Below, one piece after another: positions 21,921 to 32,556 of a DNA stretch of 64,000 bases. Position 1 is the first letter of the stretch; the number at the start of each line of letters is the position of its first letter. The DNA comes from Desulfomonilia bacterium. Lineage in GTDB: Bacteria > Desulfobacterota > Desulfomonilia > UBA1062. The DNA lies in the NCBI GenBank assembly GCA_963664325.2, contig CAXXDQ010000003.1, positions 800,001 through 864,000 on the forward strand. Reading direction: 5' to 3'. The notes below the pieces were generated by a model, which did not search any database, had not been told where the DNA came from, and saw only the letters and a program-made list of their open reading frames with translations. Position numbers and translations under genes: made by a program.

Positions 21921-22790
21921 ATGAAAGATTACAAATCGATCAGTACAAGCACTCAATTCTGTGCTGTTATTGGAAATCCGGTTGCACACAGCCTTTCGCC
22001 GGCTATCCATAACGCCGCCTATGAGCATCTTGGACTTGACTTCGTCTATGTCTCGTCAAAAGTTGAGGATGTAAAAAGTGCACTGGCCGGTGTCAGGGCT
22101 TTGAGCAATTTCAGAGGATTGAGTGTTACCATCCCTCACAAGATCGAAATCATGAAATATGTGGATGAAATATCAGATGCAGACAGGGCGATAGGCTCCA
22201 TCAATACTGTCATACATGAAGGCAACAGACTTATCGGTCTGGGGACAGATGGTCCTGGAGCAATGAAAGCACTTATCGACGGCGGCGTCGAACTAGAAGG
22301 GCGGAATATCCTCATACTTGGCGCCGGAGGAGCGGCCAGGGCCATTTCTTTTACGTTGTCCATGAAAGCCGGAGTTGCTGGTATATTTCTGCTTGATATT
22401 AACAAAGGTCTGCTCACCAATCTGACAAAAGACCTCGTCTCGGAGACAAAAACTCATGTCAGTGCTGAACTTATTACTGAAAGGACTCTGACGGATGCTA
22501 TGAAAAGGTCCGATGTGGTCATCAACTGTACATCAGTCGGCATGCACCCGAATGAAGATGTGTCCCTTGTACCTACCGGAATGTTCAGGCATGGCCAGAT
22601 TGTCTTTGACATCGTGTATACGCCGCTTGAAACAAAACTTATCAAAGACGCAAAAGCCTGCGGCCTTAAAATTGTCCCGGGGGTTGAACTGTTCATTAAC
22701 CAGGCGGCTCTTCAGTTTGAGCATTTCACGGGCACCAAGGCTCCGGTGGGAGTCATGAGAAGGGTTGTTCTTGAAAAACTGAAGACATGA
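21921..22790 (+). CDS. aroE: Shikimate dehydrogenase
   Basis: GNPVAHSLSP, VTIPHK, GSINT, GAGGAARA, NCTSVGM, DIVYTP; GGAG RBS before ATG 21921. Confidence 0.92.
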   Translation: MKDYKSISTSTQFCAVIGNPVAHSLSPAIHNAAYEHLGLDFVYVSSKVEDVKSALAGVRALSNFRGLSVTIPHKIEIMKYVDEISDADRAIGSINTVIHEGNRLIGLGTDGPGAMKALIDGGVELEGRNILILGAGGAARAISFTLSMKAGVAGIFLLDINKGLLTNLTKDLVSETKTHVSAELITERTLTDAMKRSDVVINCTSVGMHPNEDVSLVPTGMFRHGQIVFDIVYTPLETKLIKDAKACGLKIVPGVELFINQAALQFEHFTGTKAPVGVMRRVVLEKLKT

Positions 22791-22825
22791 AACCGGGGGC
22801 TGAATTATTGCCGCTCAGGCTTCAA

Positions 22826-23978
22826 TCAATATAAGAACAACGGCTTGCCTTCAAGGTTCTTTATGTTCGGCCTGTATTTGTCAATATCATAGAATTCGTC
22901 GACATTCACCCTTTTGATGCCTGTTGTGACCATGCTTAGAGGGATATGGGTGTAAACACCCTGCTTGATTGCTAGCATCCGTCCGTAAACCTGTTTGCCT
23001 ATGAGGTCAAGCGCCAGGTTTGCAAAGTTGAATCCCACCATAAGGTCAACAGAATCGGGGGCGCCGCTTCTCATCATGTATCCGATCGACTGGTAGATCA
23101 CTTCCTGTCCAGTTATCTTTTTCAGGATATCGGCTGTAACCTGGCCTATGCCCCCGAGTTTTTTATGACCGTAAGGGTCTGCCTCACCGCTTTCAACGAT
23201 ATTGCCGCCCTTTATCATTGAGCCTTCGGAAATTGTCAGCATTGCATAGTTGCTCGGGTTTGACCTTTTGTCTTCCATAATAAGTGCCGCCAGTTTTTCA
23301 GGTTCAAACGGAACTTCTGAAATAAGTGCCCTGTCGACTGACGAAAGATAGGCAGCCATTAAACATGTTTCTCCGGAATTTCTTCCGAAAAGCTCAATCA
23401 CACCTATCCTTTCATGGGAGCCGACACTCGAACGCATGTTCGTTATCAGCTGCTCGCTCCGGCTGACCGCTGTTGAAAAACCGATGCAGTAGTCTGTTCC
23501 GAACACATCATTGTCCATTGTCTTAGGGATTGCCACTACCTTGACCCCTTCGCTGTGAAGCCGCTCACTATAGCTCTGAGTGTCATCACCTCCTAATGGG
23601 CACCAGGACATCCAGATTAAGGGATTCGACTACTTTCAGTGCATGCGGCGTCATATCAAACCTGTCGCCATCAGTTACCTTGTCTTTAAGGTGGGCAGGA
23701 ATATCTTTGGCTTTAACCTTTGAAGGATTAGTACGTGATGTGTGTAAAAACGTACCGCCTGACCGGTCCACCGTTCTGACGGTTTGCTTGTTCAATGGGA
23801 TTGCATTAAGCGCGTTATCCTTAAGGCTTAAATCCGGGTTGTAATTAAGGACGCCGAACCAGCCTCTTCTTATGCCTATCACTTCATGACCTTCGTCAAC
23901 CGCTCTGTAAACAAGGGCCTTGATGCATGGATTAAGCCCCGGTACATCCCCGCCCCCTGTAAGTATACCTATCCTCAT
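22826..23978 (-). CDS. pfkA: 6-phosphofructokinase, PPi-type signature, one frameshift near 23595
   Basis: [10 protein letters not shown] in ORF 23586..23978; GGDD, PKTMDND, ELFGR in ORF 22826..23611; removing one T from CCCATTAGGAGGT joins them. Confidence 0.85.
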
Positions 23979-24080
23979 ACCTTTCCCTCCCCAAAAAAGT
24001 GTGTTTATGTTTACTTGCAGATTAAAAATTTTGTCAAGGGCCGTGTTTCTGTGCTTTTTCGTAGGGATTGATTTAAAGGG

Positions 24081-24926
24081 ATGTCTCTGTTAGAACTCTT
24101 TTTTAATATGGACCCGCTTCTGATTGAAAAAGCTGCAGATATTATTATAAATTCCCATCATGCAATAGCTCTCACCGGTGCCGGGATTTCCACCGAATCC
24201 GGTATCCCTGATTTCAGATCTCCAGGCGGAATTTGGGAAAGATATGATCCGATGATATTTTTCTTTGACAGATTTATTTCCCATCCTGAGAGTGTCTGGC
24301 GTTCTTTTATCGAAATGTTCACTGCAGGAGATCTGAACCTGTGGGATGCGAAGCCTAACCGCGGGCATGAGGCCTTATCGATACTTGAACAGGCTGGCCT
24401 TATCAAGACAGTCATCACACAGAACATTGATAATCTTCACCAGAAAGCGGGAAGCAGAAACGTTGTTGATTTCCATGGGAATATGCTTTTTGCAAAGTGT
24501 ATGAGCTGCTCGAATAAATTCTGGTATGAAGAGGTGATTGAAAAGGTTGTACATGCCATACCGCCTTTGTGCACTTGCGGAGGCCTTTTGAAACCGGATG
24601 CAGTATTCTTTGGAGAACCTATCCCGGCCGATGCGATGAGAAAATCAATCGACGAGGCCGACATATGCGATCTGATGCTTGTTATTGGGACCTCGGCACA
24701 GGTTGAACCGGCGGCTTCTCTACCCCTGATTGCAAAAGGAATGAAATCCGCCTCAAGAAGGCTAAGCGGTTTTTATGCATCCATCAAAGAATGCAGGATT
24801 ATAGAAATTAACAGGGAACCTACGCCGTTGACAGGCAGGGTATCGGATTTTATTATACAGGGATCAACAGGGGCCGTTCTTCAATCTATTGTTGAGAGTA
24901 TCAGGAAGGTAAAGAGAATAAAATGA
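24081..24926 (+). CDS. cobB: Sir2-family NAD-dependent deacylase
   Basis: [21 protein letters not shown], Zn motifs CMSC and [15 protein letters not shown]; true start may be 24108. Confidence 0.92.
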   Translation: MSLLELFFNMDPLLIEKAADIIINSHHAIALTGAGISTESGIPDFRSPGGIWERYDPMIFFFDRFISHPESVWRSFIEMFTAGDLNLWDAKPNRGHEALSILEQAGLIKTVITQNIDNLHQKAGSRNVVDFHGNMLFAKCMSCSNKFWYEEVIEKVVHAIPPLCTCGGLLKPDAVFFGEPIPADAMRKSIDEADICDLMLVIGTSAQVEPAASLPLIAKGMKSASRRLSGFYASIKECRIIEINREPTPLTGRVSDFIIQGSTGAVLQSIVESIRKVKRIK

Positions 24927-25090
24927 AAAATTACATCACTTGTCCCAATAGAAAAGGCAATCCAAAAATATCAGTGGAGGTGTGTGCGAGTTCCTGCAGA
25001 AGGAGAAAGACCTGCAAAGATTTTTATATATTCAGAAACCCGCCGTTAACCCCGGAACTTGCAAATGTGGTATTGCGTCAAAGGGCTTAA
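24923..25090 (+). CDS. Small four-Cys protein, 55 aa, not in the ORF track
   Basis: ATGA overlap with the cobB stop; [55 protein letters not shown]. Confidence 0.55.
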   Translation: MKNYITCPNRKGNPKISVEVCASSCRRRKTCKDFYIFRNPPLTPELANVVLRQRA

Positions 25091-25162
25091 TGTTACCCTG
25101 GGGTTTTTGCCGGTCTTTTCTTTCAATCCCGATCCTTAATAAAGAAAAAAGGAGACTCTGGC

Positions 25163-26281
25163 ATGGAAATTAAAAGAAGAGATTTTATCAGGATAACCGG
25201 CGGATTCATGCTGCTTTCGAGCATGCCGGCGCTTTACGGATTCGGTGATCTAACGAGAAAAGATATCAAAGAGGATGATTATGGCAGGCTTTCCGGGCTT
25301 TTAAGCAAGGATGAATTTGATATCCTCTCTCTTGCATCATTAGCGCCTAGCGGACATAACACCCAGCCATGGAGAATAAGGGTAATGGAACCCGGGAAAT
25401 GGATGCTGGGTTCCGTAAGGCAGAGATGGCTTCCGGGAGTTGATCCCGCAAACAGGGAATTGATGCTTTCCATAGGGGCTTTCCTGAGAAATCTGGAGAT
25501 TGCTGCTAATACAAAAGGTTACAGTTTGAGTATCGATGTTCTTTCCATTGACCCCAAAGACAATTCAATCGCAGAAATAACACTGAAAAAAGCCAAGCCC
25601 GCATCTTTCAATATTGAAAAGATTAAGTCAAGGCGTACAGTCAGAAACGGTCTTTCAAACCAGTCTCTGTCGTCAGCGGATTTATCTTTCATAACCAGCG
25701 GCAATAAAGATGATTTTATTCATATTCCCAGGGGATCGAAGGAGGCATCATATCTACAGACTGCAACTGTTGAGGCAAACCGCACTCAATCCAACCGCAA
25801 GCCAGCGTGGGAAGAACTTTCAAACTGGATAAGGTGGTCTAACGGCGATGCGAGAAAATATAGAAACGGACTTACGCCGGCGGCAATGGATATTAAAGGA
25901 CTTGCAGGATGGTTTGTAAGGCATTTTTACAACCAAAAGACGGTTCTGACTGACGATTTCAGAAAAAAATCGATTGAGATGGTAACAGAACAGGTTTCAA
26001 ACTATGGAGGCTGGATAATAATGAATTCTCAGAAGTCTGATATTGATTCTCTCATCTCTACCGGGTCGAAATTTCAGGATATGTTCCTTAATACAAGAGA
26101 AAAGATGATTGCCATACACCCCATGACACAGATACTTGAAGAACTTCCGTTTAAGGATTCCGTTAACAAAGAGCTTGGCATCGGAAAGAAAATCCAGTTT
26201 ATTTTAAGAGCCGGCTATCTGAAAAAATATCCTGAACCTGTAAGCCTGAGGATGCCTGTTTCCTGGTTTGTAAGCTCTTAG
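25163..26281 (+). CDS. Acg-family nitroreductase-like FMN oxidoreductase with Tat signal
   Basis: KRRDFI twin-arginine motif, APSGHNTQPW, RRTVR, HPMTQILE. Confidence 0.8.
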   Translation: MEIKRRDFIRITGGFMLLSSMPALYGFGDLTRKDIKEDDYGRLSGLLSKDEFDILSLASLAPSGHNTQPWRIRVMEPGKWMLGSVRQRWLPGVDPANRELMLSIGAFLRNLEIAANTKGYSLSIDVLSIDPKDNSIAEITLKKAKPASFNIEKIKSRRTVRNGLSNQSLSSADLSFITSGNKDDFIHIPRGSKEASYLQTATVEANRTQSNRKPAWEELSNWIRWSNGDARKYRNGLTPAAMDIKGLAGWFVRHFYNQKTVLTDDFRKKSIEMVTEQVSNYGGWIIMNSQKSDIDSLISTGSKFQDMFLNTREKMIAIHPMTQILEELPFKDSVNKELGIGKKIQFILRAGYLKKYPEPVSLRMPVSWFVSS

Positions 26282-26284
26282 AAT

Positions 26285-28369
26285 ATGCACGGATTTGTTG
26301 ATACTTTCCTTACCTTCATCCAGCTTCACAGGGAACTTGGTTATCTGGCCATGTTCCTTATTTCTGTTCTGGAGTCGGTCGCCTTTGTAGGGGAAATAAT
26401 TCCCGGCACTACACTGCTGGTTGTTATCGGGGCCATGGCAGCAAAGGGAGTACTGGACCCGGAAATACTTATTCTGGTGTCCTCGCTCGGGGCAATTGCC
26501 GGAGATGTCTTCAGCTTCTGGCTTGGCAGGAAAGGGGAAGGGGTCCTCGGCAGGTTCGGGAGATTTGTAAAACAAGAGCACCTTGAAAAGGGAAGGTCAT
26601 TCGTAAAAAGGCATGGCAGCAAGAGCATCTTTCTTGGAAGATTCATAGGCCCCTTAAGACCCATTGTGCCCTTTGTTGCCGGTCTTTTCAGCATGGGAGT
26701 TAAAAAATTTATTATCTGGGATGTAATAAGCGCAATAAGCTGGTCAATGGTATATATATATCTAGGAAATGCCCTCTGGATTGTATGGGAATTTGCAAAG
26801 TTGTGGAGCACAAGGGGCGGGGTGATCGCACTCCTTCTTCTGGCAACGGTAATTACCATATATCTTCTCCGTGAATACATAGCCCATCAGAGCATGGTTT
26901 TCCTGATGCATACCGGGAATGCATGGGACAGGCTGGTCGGTTATTTCCAAGCCAGTTCTTCAGGTATAATCCGGTTCCTGGGCCGTAGAATTGACAGGAC
27001 CCGTTTCACGGGATTCAAGCTTACACTGGCCTCTTCTGTTTTCCTTTTGTTTCTTGCCATGCTCACAGCAATAGCGGTGGAAGTTGTCGGAACCGATATA
27101 GTTCCCGATTCCGATCTGAGATTTGCCAGTTATCTCTACATTTTCAGGACACCCGGCATGGTGAAGTTTTTCTCATGGACAGGAATCCTTGGAAATTTGT
27201 GGGCGATTGTTACACTGGGTATTGTCGTAATGGCAATGATGTGGCTGGTTAAAGAAGCCGGGTATATATTCCCCATGTGGGTGGGAATTGTCGGCAGTTA
27301 TATCTGTACCCTGGCCGGCGGCATATTTTTTAAACGCCCGGTTCCTGCAATGCCGGCTGTTGCAGAGCATGTCCATTACTTCCCCAGCGCCTACTCCAGC
27401 GTATCCATAATGTTTTACGGCTATATTATTTACTTTGTTCTCAAGACCTCTGAAAATTTGAGAACCAGGCTCAATACGGTATTTTTAATTGTACCAGTTA
27501 TTATTCTTATAGGCATTTCAAGGATATACCTGGGCATACAATATTTTACGGATATAGAGGCCGGATGGGCCCTGGGGATTTTGTGGCTTGTTATGTCCAT
27601 TCTGATTGCCGAATATTTGGAGTATACCCATCCGCATGGGCATATCCATGCATTACCCCCTAAAATCAAGGCGTTATGTAGTGCTCTTGTCGCATGCTGG
27701 ATTGTGCTGTTTTTCCTATATGGAATAAGCGAATATTCAAAATTTGTTCATGAGGAACAGACTTCTTTTTTTAAAGAATTAAATAATCCGGAAGATATTT
27801 TCATTAAGGAACATCTTCCAAGATACTCGGAATCCTTGTTTGGTGATAGACGGGAACCAATCAACATAATAATTTCGGCGGTAAATTCGGACGAACTAAA
27901 GAATTCCATGGAAAAAGCAGGCTGGAAACTTGCGGATATGTCAAGTTTTTCAAATGTTCTCAAAAGGGCCAAGGCTATCATAACGAAAGAAGACTACTAT
28001 AATGCACCGGTAACTCCTGCTTTCTGGTGTTCGAAAATCCAGGATATTTCCTTTGAAAAGCCTGCCCTTAAAGAGGGAATTGCTGAAATGCATTGGGTGA
28101 GATTATGGAAAACTGGTATAAAAACATACGATAATAAGGAGATATTTGCAGGATATGCCTCGTATGACATCAGCCTTGGTTCAAAGATTATCCATCAGAT
28201 AAAACCTGATATTGATGCGGAGAGGGATGCACTCTTCAATTCCCTTAAACAATCAGGGGCAGCCCAGTCTTATGACAGAATAAAATTGATCGGCAAAGTC
28301 AGTAAAAAGAAACTCTTTGAACGTACATACTTTACAGACGGCATGGCTGTTGTAATTGTCCTGAGATGA
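26285..28369 (+). CDS. DedA / PAP2-like / LssY C-terminal fusion membrane protein
   Basis: DedA motifs ESVAFVGEIIPG, GDVFSFWLG, GRFIGPLR; PAP2-like KRPVP, FPSAYS, SRIYLG; LssY-C-like EPINII and HQIKPDIDAERD. Confidence 0.8.
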   Translation: MHGFVDTFLTFIQLHRELGYLAMFLISVLESVAFVGEIIPGTTLLVVIGAMAAKGVLDPEILILVSSLGAIAGDVFSFWLGRKGEGVLGRFGRFVKQEHLEKGRSFVKRHGSKSIFLGRFIGPLRPIVPFVAGLFSMGVKKFIIWDVISAISWSMVYIYLGNALWIVWEFAKLWSTRGGVIALLLLATVITIYLLREYIAHQSMVFLMHTGNAWDRLVGYFQASSSGIIRFLGRRIDRTRFTGFKLTLASSVFLLFLAMLTAIAVEVVGTDIVPDSDLRFASYLYIFRTPGMVKFFSWTGILGNLWAIVTLGIVVMAMMWLVKEAGYIFPMWVGIVGSYICTLAGGIFFKRPVPAMPAVAEHVHYFPSAYSSVSIMFYGYIIYFVLKTSENLRTRLNTVFLIVPVIILIGISRIYLGIQYFTDIEAGWALGILWLVMSILIAEYLEYTHPHGHIHALPPKIKALCSALVACWIVLFFLYGISEYSKFVHEEQTSFFKELNNPEDIFIKEHLPRYSESLFGDRREPINIIISAVNSDELKNSMEKAGWKLADMSSFSNVLKRAKAIITKEDYYNAPVTPAFWCSKIQDISFEKPALKEGIAEMHWVRLWKTGIKTYDNKEIFAGYASYDISLGSKIIHQIKPDIDAERDALFNSLKQSGAAQSYDRIKLIGKVSKKKLFERTYFTDGMAVVIVLR

Positions 28370-28379
28370 TGAAACAGGA

Positions 28380-29063
28380 TTAACCTGGTTTTTTTGTCCC
28401 CTTTTCTATGTCGATTATCACATGGCCTCCCGGGAATTCCTTGGTTACAAATGGATCCAGGGAATCCATCTTGCGGATGATGTCCCTGATCTTTCTTGAT
28501 TCGTTAAGAATTTCACCTGCCATTGACCTTATATCATCATTCTGCGTGGCTCTCTGTATTTCATGTGCGAGTCCCATCAGAACTGTGAGCGGCTGGAAAA
28601 CCTCATGCGACATGGTAGTTGCAAGCTCTGCGACAAGTCCCACCTGACTCAGACGATCCAGATCGTCGCGCTTGGAAATGAAATCAAACGCCCTTAGTAC
28701 GGTATTGAGGAGAAATTCAGGGACAAATGGTTTTATGATGTAGTCATATGCCCCAAGCCTTAGTGCCACGATAACACTGTCAATACTTGCATGGTCCGTC
28801 ATAACGATAATCAGGCTGTCTTTTTTCTTTTTTTTAAGGAAATCGATGATGCCGAAACCGTCTATATCGGACATTTCCAGATTTGTTATCACGATCGGGA
28901 AATTTTCTTCGCTCAGGATTTCCAAAGCCTCTTTCCCGCCTTCGGCACGTATGACTTCCAAACCTTGGGATACAAGTAATTCTTCGATCAGATATGCATT
29001 GGTATCATCCTGTTCGATAACTAGAGTTTTTCTTGTGAGGATATCTTTCTTTCTATCCGGCAT
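28380..29063 (-). CDS. Receiver-domain protein with C-terminal HisKA-like helix pair
   Basis: REC fold (GAYDYIIKPF) followed by H-box SHEVFQPL; no ATPase domain; start taken at MPDRKK. Confidence 0.75.
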   Translation of the reverse strand: MPDRKKDILTRKTLVIEQDDTNAYLIEELLVSQGLEVIRAEGGKEALEILSEENFPIVITNLEMSDIDGFGIIDFLKKKKKDSLIIVMTDHASIDSVIVALRLGAYDYIIKPFVPEFLLNTVLRAFDFISKRDDLDRLSQVGLVAELATTMSHEVFQPLTVLMGLAHEIQRATQNDDIRSMAGEILNESRKIRDIIRKMDSLDPFVTKEFPGGHVIIDIEKGTKKPG

Positions 29064-29158
29064 GAAGAACACAATAAATAAGGCTTTATAATAAATCAAT
29101 AAGCAAGTCTGAAAGTATATAGATAAACGGCAGAGAAAAGCTGAAGTTTAATGCCTGC

Positions 29159-29347
29159 CTAGTGGAGGCAGCTTGTGATTCCTGAACTGCCTATGTATGC
29201 ATGAACCAGGGCGACGATAGGGGAGGACATGCGATTCGGGTGTTCACCGTATTCGACGACAAACCTTTCTCCTGCGAAGTAAATTACGACAGGCCTCACG
29301 CCTTCCCAATTTCCTTTGCTCTGGTTTAGAGTTTCTGTCATCATCAT
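29159..29347 (-). CDS. Small hypothetical protein
   Basis: 62-aa ORF with GAGGAG RBS upstream, fills the gap after mutS. Confidence 0.45.
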   Translation of the reverse strand: MMMTETLNQSKGNWEGVRPVVIYFAGERFVVEYGEHPNRMSSPIVALVHAYIGSSGITSCLH

Positions 29348-29437
29348 ACTCGCCTGTCTCCTCTTTCGTGTCCTGCTGTTATGTATCGGCGGTAATTAAA
29401 ATCCCTTAACAGGGATAATTGAATAATTGTAAATCTA

Positions 29438-32011
29438 TCAGGTTTTGCTGATGCGTTCTTTGATTCTATTAAGGATGTTCAGGGCTTCAAGAGGGGTCGT
29501 GCTTGAAAGGTCTATCTCTCTTATCCGGTTTATTATTTCTGTTTCAAGCGAGGGTTCTTCAGTATCAGGTTTTGACGAATCGAAAATACTTGTCTGTGTC
29601 ATGGTGCCGGAGCCCGAGGATAAGCCCACGGTCTTTGCCTTTCTGTCTATGCTGCCTAAAACCAGCCTGGCATTTGCGATAACCTCTTCTGGGATGCCTG
29701 CAAGCTTGGCCACATGGATGCCGTAGCTTCTGCCTGTTGAACCCCGCCTGACCTCTCTGATAAATACGACATCATGGCCGCTTTCTTCGACAGCCATGTG
29801 ATAGTTTTTGATGCCCTTGTTCTTCCGGGCAAGATCGGCAAGTTCATGATAGTGGGTGGCGAAGAAAGTTTTTGCGCCAAGCCTGTCGAGATATTCCGAA
29901 ACCGCCCAGGCCAGAGACATGCCGTCATACGTTGATGTTCCCCGGCCGATTTCATCCAGGATCACAAGGGAAGACTGAGTTGCATTCTTGAGAATATCGG
30001 CAGTTTCACTCATTTCGACCATAAACGTACTCTGTCCTGTAGAAAGGTTGTCGGAGGCGCCGATGCGTGTGAAAATCCTGTCGGTAATTCCGAGAGAAGC
30101 ATATTTTGCCGGCACAAACGAACCTATCTGGGCCATTATTGCAATAAGGGCAATCTGGCGCATGTATGTTGATTTTCCGGCCATGTTGGGCCCTGTAATG
30201 ATATGAATAGTGTCGGTCCCGGGATCGAACCTGCAGTCATTGGGGACGAATTCCCCGGGTCTCAGAACCTTTTCGACAACAGGGTGCCGCCCGGCTTTTA
30301 TCTCGATTACCCGTCCCCATTCCACAACTGGTCTTGTATAAGCGTTTTCAAGTGCCAGCTGCGCAAGAGATGATATGGTGTCAAGTATTGTAATCTCGTC
30401 GATCGTCTTCCTGAGCCCACTCTGATTAGAAGCGGCGAATTCCTTCAGCTCGTTGAAGATTCTGGCCTCGATTTTTAGGATCAGGTCCTGTGCATTAAGA
30501 AGTCTTACTTCATACTCCTTCAGCTCCGGCGTAATATAGCGTTCGGCATTGACAAGGGTTTGCTTGCGTATGTAGCTCTCGGGAACCTTGTCGGAATGGG
30601 CCTTGGTAACCTCGATATAATAACCGAAAACGCGGTTGTATCCTATCTTGAGAGACGCAATACCAGTTGTTGATTTTTGTTCCGTCTCATGCGCTGCAAT
30701 CCATTTTCTGGAATCTCTTCTTATTTCCCTCAATTCGTCAAGTTCTGCGTCAACTCCGTTTCCGATGACAGGTGCATCTCCAAGTTTGGCAGGAGGGTCG
30801 CTGACAAGAGTTTCCTTTATCCTCTTTATTATATGTTCAAGAGGGTCAAGCCCCAGATTTTTTAAAAGGTGGTTTGAACATCCTCCAAGGGGTGATTTAA
30901 GAAAAGGGACCTGTTCAAGTCCCTGGGCCAGGGAATACAAATCCCTTGGGGTCGCCCTGTCTGAAACTATCCTGCCCAGGATACGTTCAAGATCATACAC
31001 GGTTTTCAGGGCTTCGCGGATATCTGACAATGCTTTTTGATTATCTTTCAGTTCACTCAGGGCATCGAGCCTTTCATTGATCGCCCCCTCATCCATTAAC
31101 GGGAAATTGAGCCAGTCGGTGAGCCTTCTTGAACCCATTGCAGTTTTTGTCCTGTTGATTATGTAAAAAAGACAATCCTCTTTTGATTTCGACAAGGACT
31201 CGAACAGCTCGAGATTGCGCTTTGTGTTTGCCCCGAGCATCATGTAAAGGCCGGGGTTGTAGAATTTCAGAGATGTGATGTTGCCGGATGCGGATTTTTG
31301 TTTTTCCTTTACGTAATTCAAAACCATAACCGCTGCAGCAGCTGCGGCATGATGATCACCAAGGCCTAACCCGGACAGGGAAGCTGTCCTGAAATGCGAG
31401 CATAGTATTTCCCGGCTTTTATCAGATGAAGGCATATTTTCTACGATGCTCGTATAAAAACCTTGCGGGACTATGGTCGCATCGTGGCATAGAATCTCAC
31501 TCGGTGATATGCGGGAGACCTCGCTTATAAAATCATCATGGCTCATCATCTCCGTGACGCGAAAATCTCCCGTAGTGATATCCGTAAAGGCTATACCATA
31601 AGGGCTCATTTTATCATCGTGAAAGACAGCCATCAGATAATTCGGCCTGTTGCTGTCAAGGTGCGGTTCTTCGTTAACGAGACCTGGGGTTAAGACCTGT
31701 ACGACTTCGCGTCTGACAAGTCCTTTGCCGTTTATCTCTCCCTGCTCGCATACCGCAACCTTTTTGCCTGCCTTTATCAGTTTTGCGACATAAGAGGTTG
31801 CGCTGTGGTACGGCACACCGCACATCGGAACGGGATTCTCTTTTGCCTTGTCACGGGTTGTCAGGACAATGCCTAGGATTTTTGAAGCCTCTACAGCATC
31901 CTGATAGAACATTTCGTAGAAATCACCCATGCGGTAAAACAGAATGGCATCCATATGCTGATTTTTGATCTCATGATACTGCTGCATCATGGGAGTAAAC
32001 TTTTCGGTCAT
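29438..32011 (-). CDS. mutS: DNA mismatch repair protein MutS
   Basis: TPMMQQY, RMGDFYEMF, GPNMAGKST, STFMVEM, DEIGRGTST, ATHYHEL. Confidence 0.98.
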   Translation of the reverse strand: MTEKFTPMMQQYHEIKNQHMDAILFYRMGDFYEMFYQDAVEASKILGIVLTTRDKAKENPVPMCGVPYHSATSYVAKLIKAGKKVAVCEQGEINGKGLVRREVVQVLTPGLVNEEPHLDSNRPNYLMAVFHDDKMSPYGIAFTDITTGDFRVTEMMSHDDFISEVSRISPSEILCHDATIVPQGFYTSIVENMPSSDKSREILCSHFRTASLSGLGLGDHHAAAAAAVMVLNYVKEKQKSASGNITSLKFYNPGLYMMLGANTKRNLELFESLSKSKEDCLFYIINRTKTAMGSRRLTDWLNFPLMDEGAINERLDALSELKDNQKALSDIREALKTVYDLERILGRIVSDRATPRDLYSLAQGLEQVPFLKSPLGGCSNHLLKNLGLDPLEHIIKRIKETLVSDPPAKLGDAPVIGNGVDAELDELREIRRDSRKWIAAHETEQKSTTGIASLKIGYNRVFGYYIEVTKAHSDKVPESYIRKQTLVNAERYITPELKEYEVRLLNAQDLILKIEARIFNELKEFAASNQSGLRKTIDEITILDTISSLAQLALENAYTRPVVEWGRVIEIKAGRHPVVEKVLRPGEFVPNDCRFDPGTDTIHIITGPNMAGKSTYMRQIALIAIMAQIGSFVPAKYASLGITDRIFTRIGASDNLSTGQSTFMVEMSETADILKNATQSSLVILDEIGRGTSTYDGMSLAWAVSEYLDRLGAKTFFATHYHELADLARKNKGIKNYHMAVEESGHDVVFIREVRRGSTGRSYGIHVAKLAGIPEEVIANARLVLGSIDRKAKTVGLSSGSGTMTQTSIFDSSKPDTEEPSLETEIINRIREIDLSSTTPLEALNILNRIKERISKT

Positions 32012-32074
32012 GGAGAAATGATATAGACGAAAGAATAGATCAGGACAAGCGGGCAGTTAATTTCCGGCTATTAT

Positions 32075-32542
32075 TTACCCCAGTCTTTTAACCCTTTCCG
32101 AGGGGCTGATTATGTCGATTATCCTTACGCCGAATTTCTCGCCTGAAACCACGACTTCTCCCCTGGCAATGAGTTTGTTGTTGACAAAAATATCGACGGG
32201 TTCGCCCGAGAGTCTGTTAAGCTCGATCACCGAACCCTGTCCAAGCTTAAGCATATCCCCTATCAGCATCCTAGCCCTTCCTATTTCAACAGATATCTCA
32301 AGGGGAATATCCATGACAAAATCGAGCTCTCTGGATCGTTCCTTCTCATCGGAGGTTTTTTTGAGTTCCCTGAACCTGGGCTCCTCAAGCGACTCGCCAA
32401 GCCGGTCCCTTGTCTGGTTCGTATCAGTGGATTCCCTGTCTATTTCTGTGAAATTGAGTTCATCAGCCCGGTCCCTCGATAGAAGTGACTGGACTTCATT
32501 AACATTTCCTGCACTTTCAAAAATCCTGTCTTCATCTGCCAT
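32075..32542 (-). CDS. fliN: Flagellar motor switch protein FliN
   Basis: DIPLEISVEIG, GSVIEL, IARGEVVV..FGVRI. Confidence 0.92.
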   Translation of the reverse strand: MADEDRIFESAGNVNEVQSLLSRDRADELNFTEIDRESTDTNQTRDRLGESLEEPRFRELKKTSDEKERSRELDFVMDIPLEISVEIGRARMLIGDMLKLGQGSVIELNRLSGEPVDIFVNNKLIARGEVVVSGEKFGVRIIDIISPSERVKRLG

Positions 32543-32556
32543 AATAATCCTCCGAA

